Virus record (IMG/VR): IMGVR_UViG_3300027759_000002
Location: 115,755-179,754 of that record
Strand: one strand, 5' to 3'
Origin: a virus
DNA: 64,000 bases
Part shown: positions 63,602-64,000 of the stretch, one piece after another
Layout of the letters: each line of letters starts with the position of its first letter
Position numbering within the stretch: position 1 is the stretch's first letter
Program-made: the position numbers and the translations under genes
Notes under the pieces: model-generated
What the model was told of the DNA's origin: nothing
What the model saw: the letters and a program-made list of their open reading frames with translations, nothing else
Databases searched by the model: none

Positions 63602-64000
63602 TGAGTTATTACATGAAGTCAGGCAATACATTCCGTATTGCAACAAAAGAATCTATGGACTTGCACGAACAGTTGCCAGCGGGTAACTATGTCGTGAAGC
63701 AGGATCCGTTTGAGAATTTTTATATCGAACAGATTGAAAATTTTGATGTACCCACCAAATTGTATGGTGATACAATCCGCAATACAGACCGGATTATCAA
63801 TAGTTTTTGGGACCGTGAAAAGTCAACAGGTGTAATGCTTGTTGGTGAAAAGGGTTCTGGTAAAACTTTGCTAAGTAAAAATATCTGTGTTGAATTGGCC
63901 AAACAAGGTGTGCCAACTATCGTTATCAATCATGCTTGGATTGGTGACAAATTCAATACGCTGATTCAATCCATTCAACAACCATGTATTGTGATGTTTG
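63601..64000 (+). CDS. AAA ATPase, 3' truncated by the window edge
   Basis: GVMLVGEKGSGKTLL Walker A; frame open to the window end. Confidence 0.8.
   Translation, partial: MSYYMKSGNTFRIATKESMDLHEQLPAGNYVVKQDPFENFYIEQIENFDVPTKLYGDTIRNTDRIINSFWDREKSTGVMLVGEKGSGKTLLSKNICVELAKQGVPTIVINHAWIGDKFNTLIQSIQQPCIVMF

Noticed and set aside
59807-63646. Long minus-strand ORFs opposite rIIA/rIIB and neighbours
   Set aside because: Antisense shadows of well-supported + strand genes.
1-64000. Stop-codon recoding (alternative genetic code), as seen in some large tRNA-rich phages
   Set aside because: Core genes are full length under code 11 and no CTA/TCA/TTA suppressor anticodon was found.

Overview
A 64 kb slice of a large, AT-rich T4-like (myovirus-type) phage genome, probably from a proteobacterial host (inferred from sigma70-type promoters, GroES, IscU/IscA and spanins). 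Genes lie almost entirely on the + strand. Order: clamp loader and regA; hsp20; a cluster of 28 tRNAs covering all 20 amino acids, interleaved with structured non-coding spacers; gp43, uvsX and gp41; a glycosyltransferase island; late head-internal proteins and a lysis cassette; iscU/iscA; primase, thyX and nrdAB; rnh; a peptidase-vWA protein; a promoter-dense early region of small ORFs; rIIA/rIIB. No CRISPR array, rRNA, intron or intein was seen. The main candidate for a new system lies directly upstream of the tRNA array: a 36-codon leader peptide (4294-4404) containing all 20 amino acids in 29 different codons, coupled to mutually exclusive 1:2, 2:3 and 3:4 hairpins. This looks like a pan-amino-acid (tRNA-pool-sensing) attenuator. 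Other notable signals are a five-box DnaA array in the early control hub, a dnaX-type -1 frameshift in a head protein, rrn-type boxA sites, a non-canonical tRNA-Gly mimic, a PlcP-like plus glycosyltransferase pair, and enzymes carrying capsid-targeting-like N-termini. All family assignments come from motif recognition by eye; no database searches were run.
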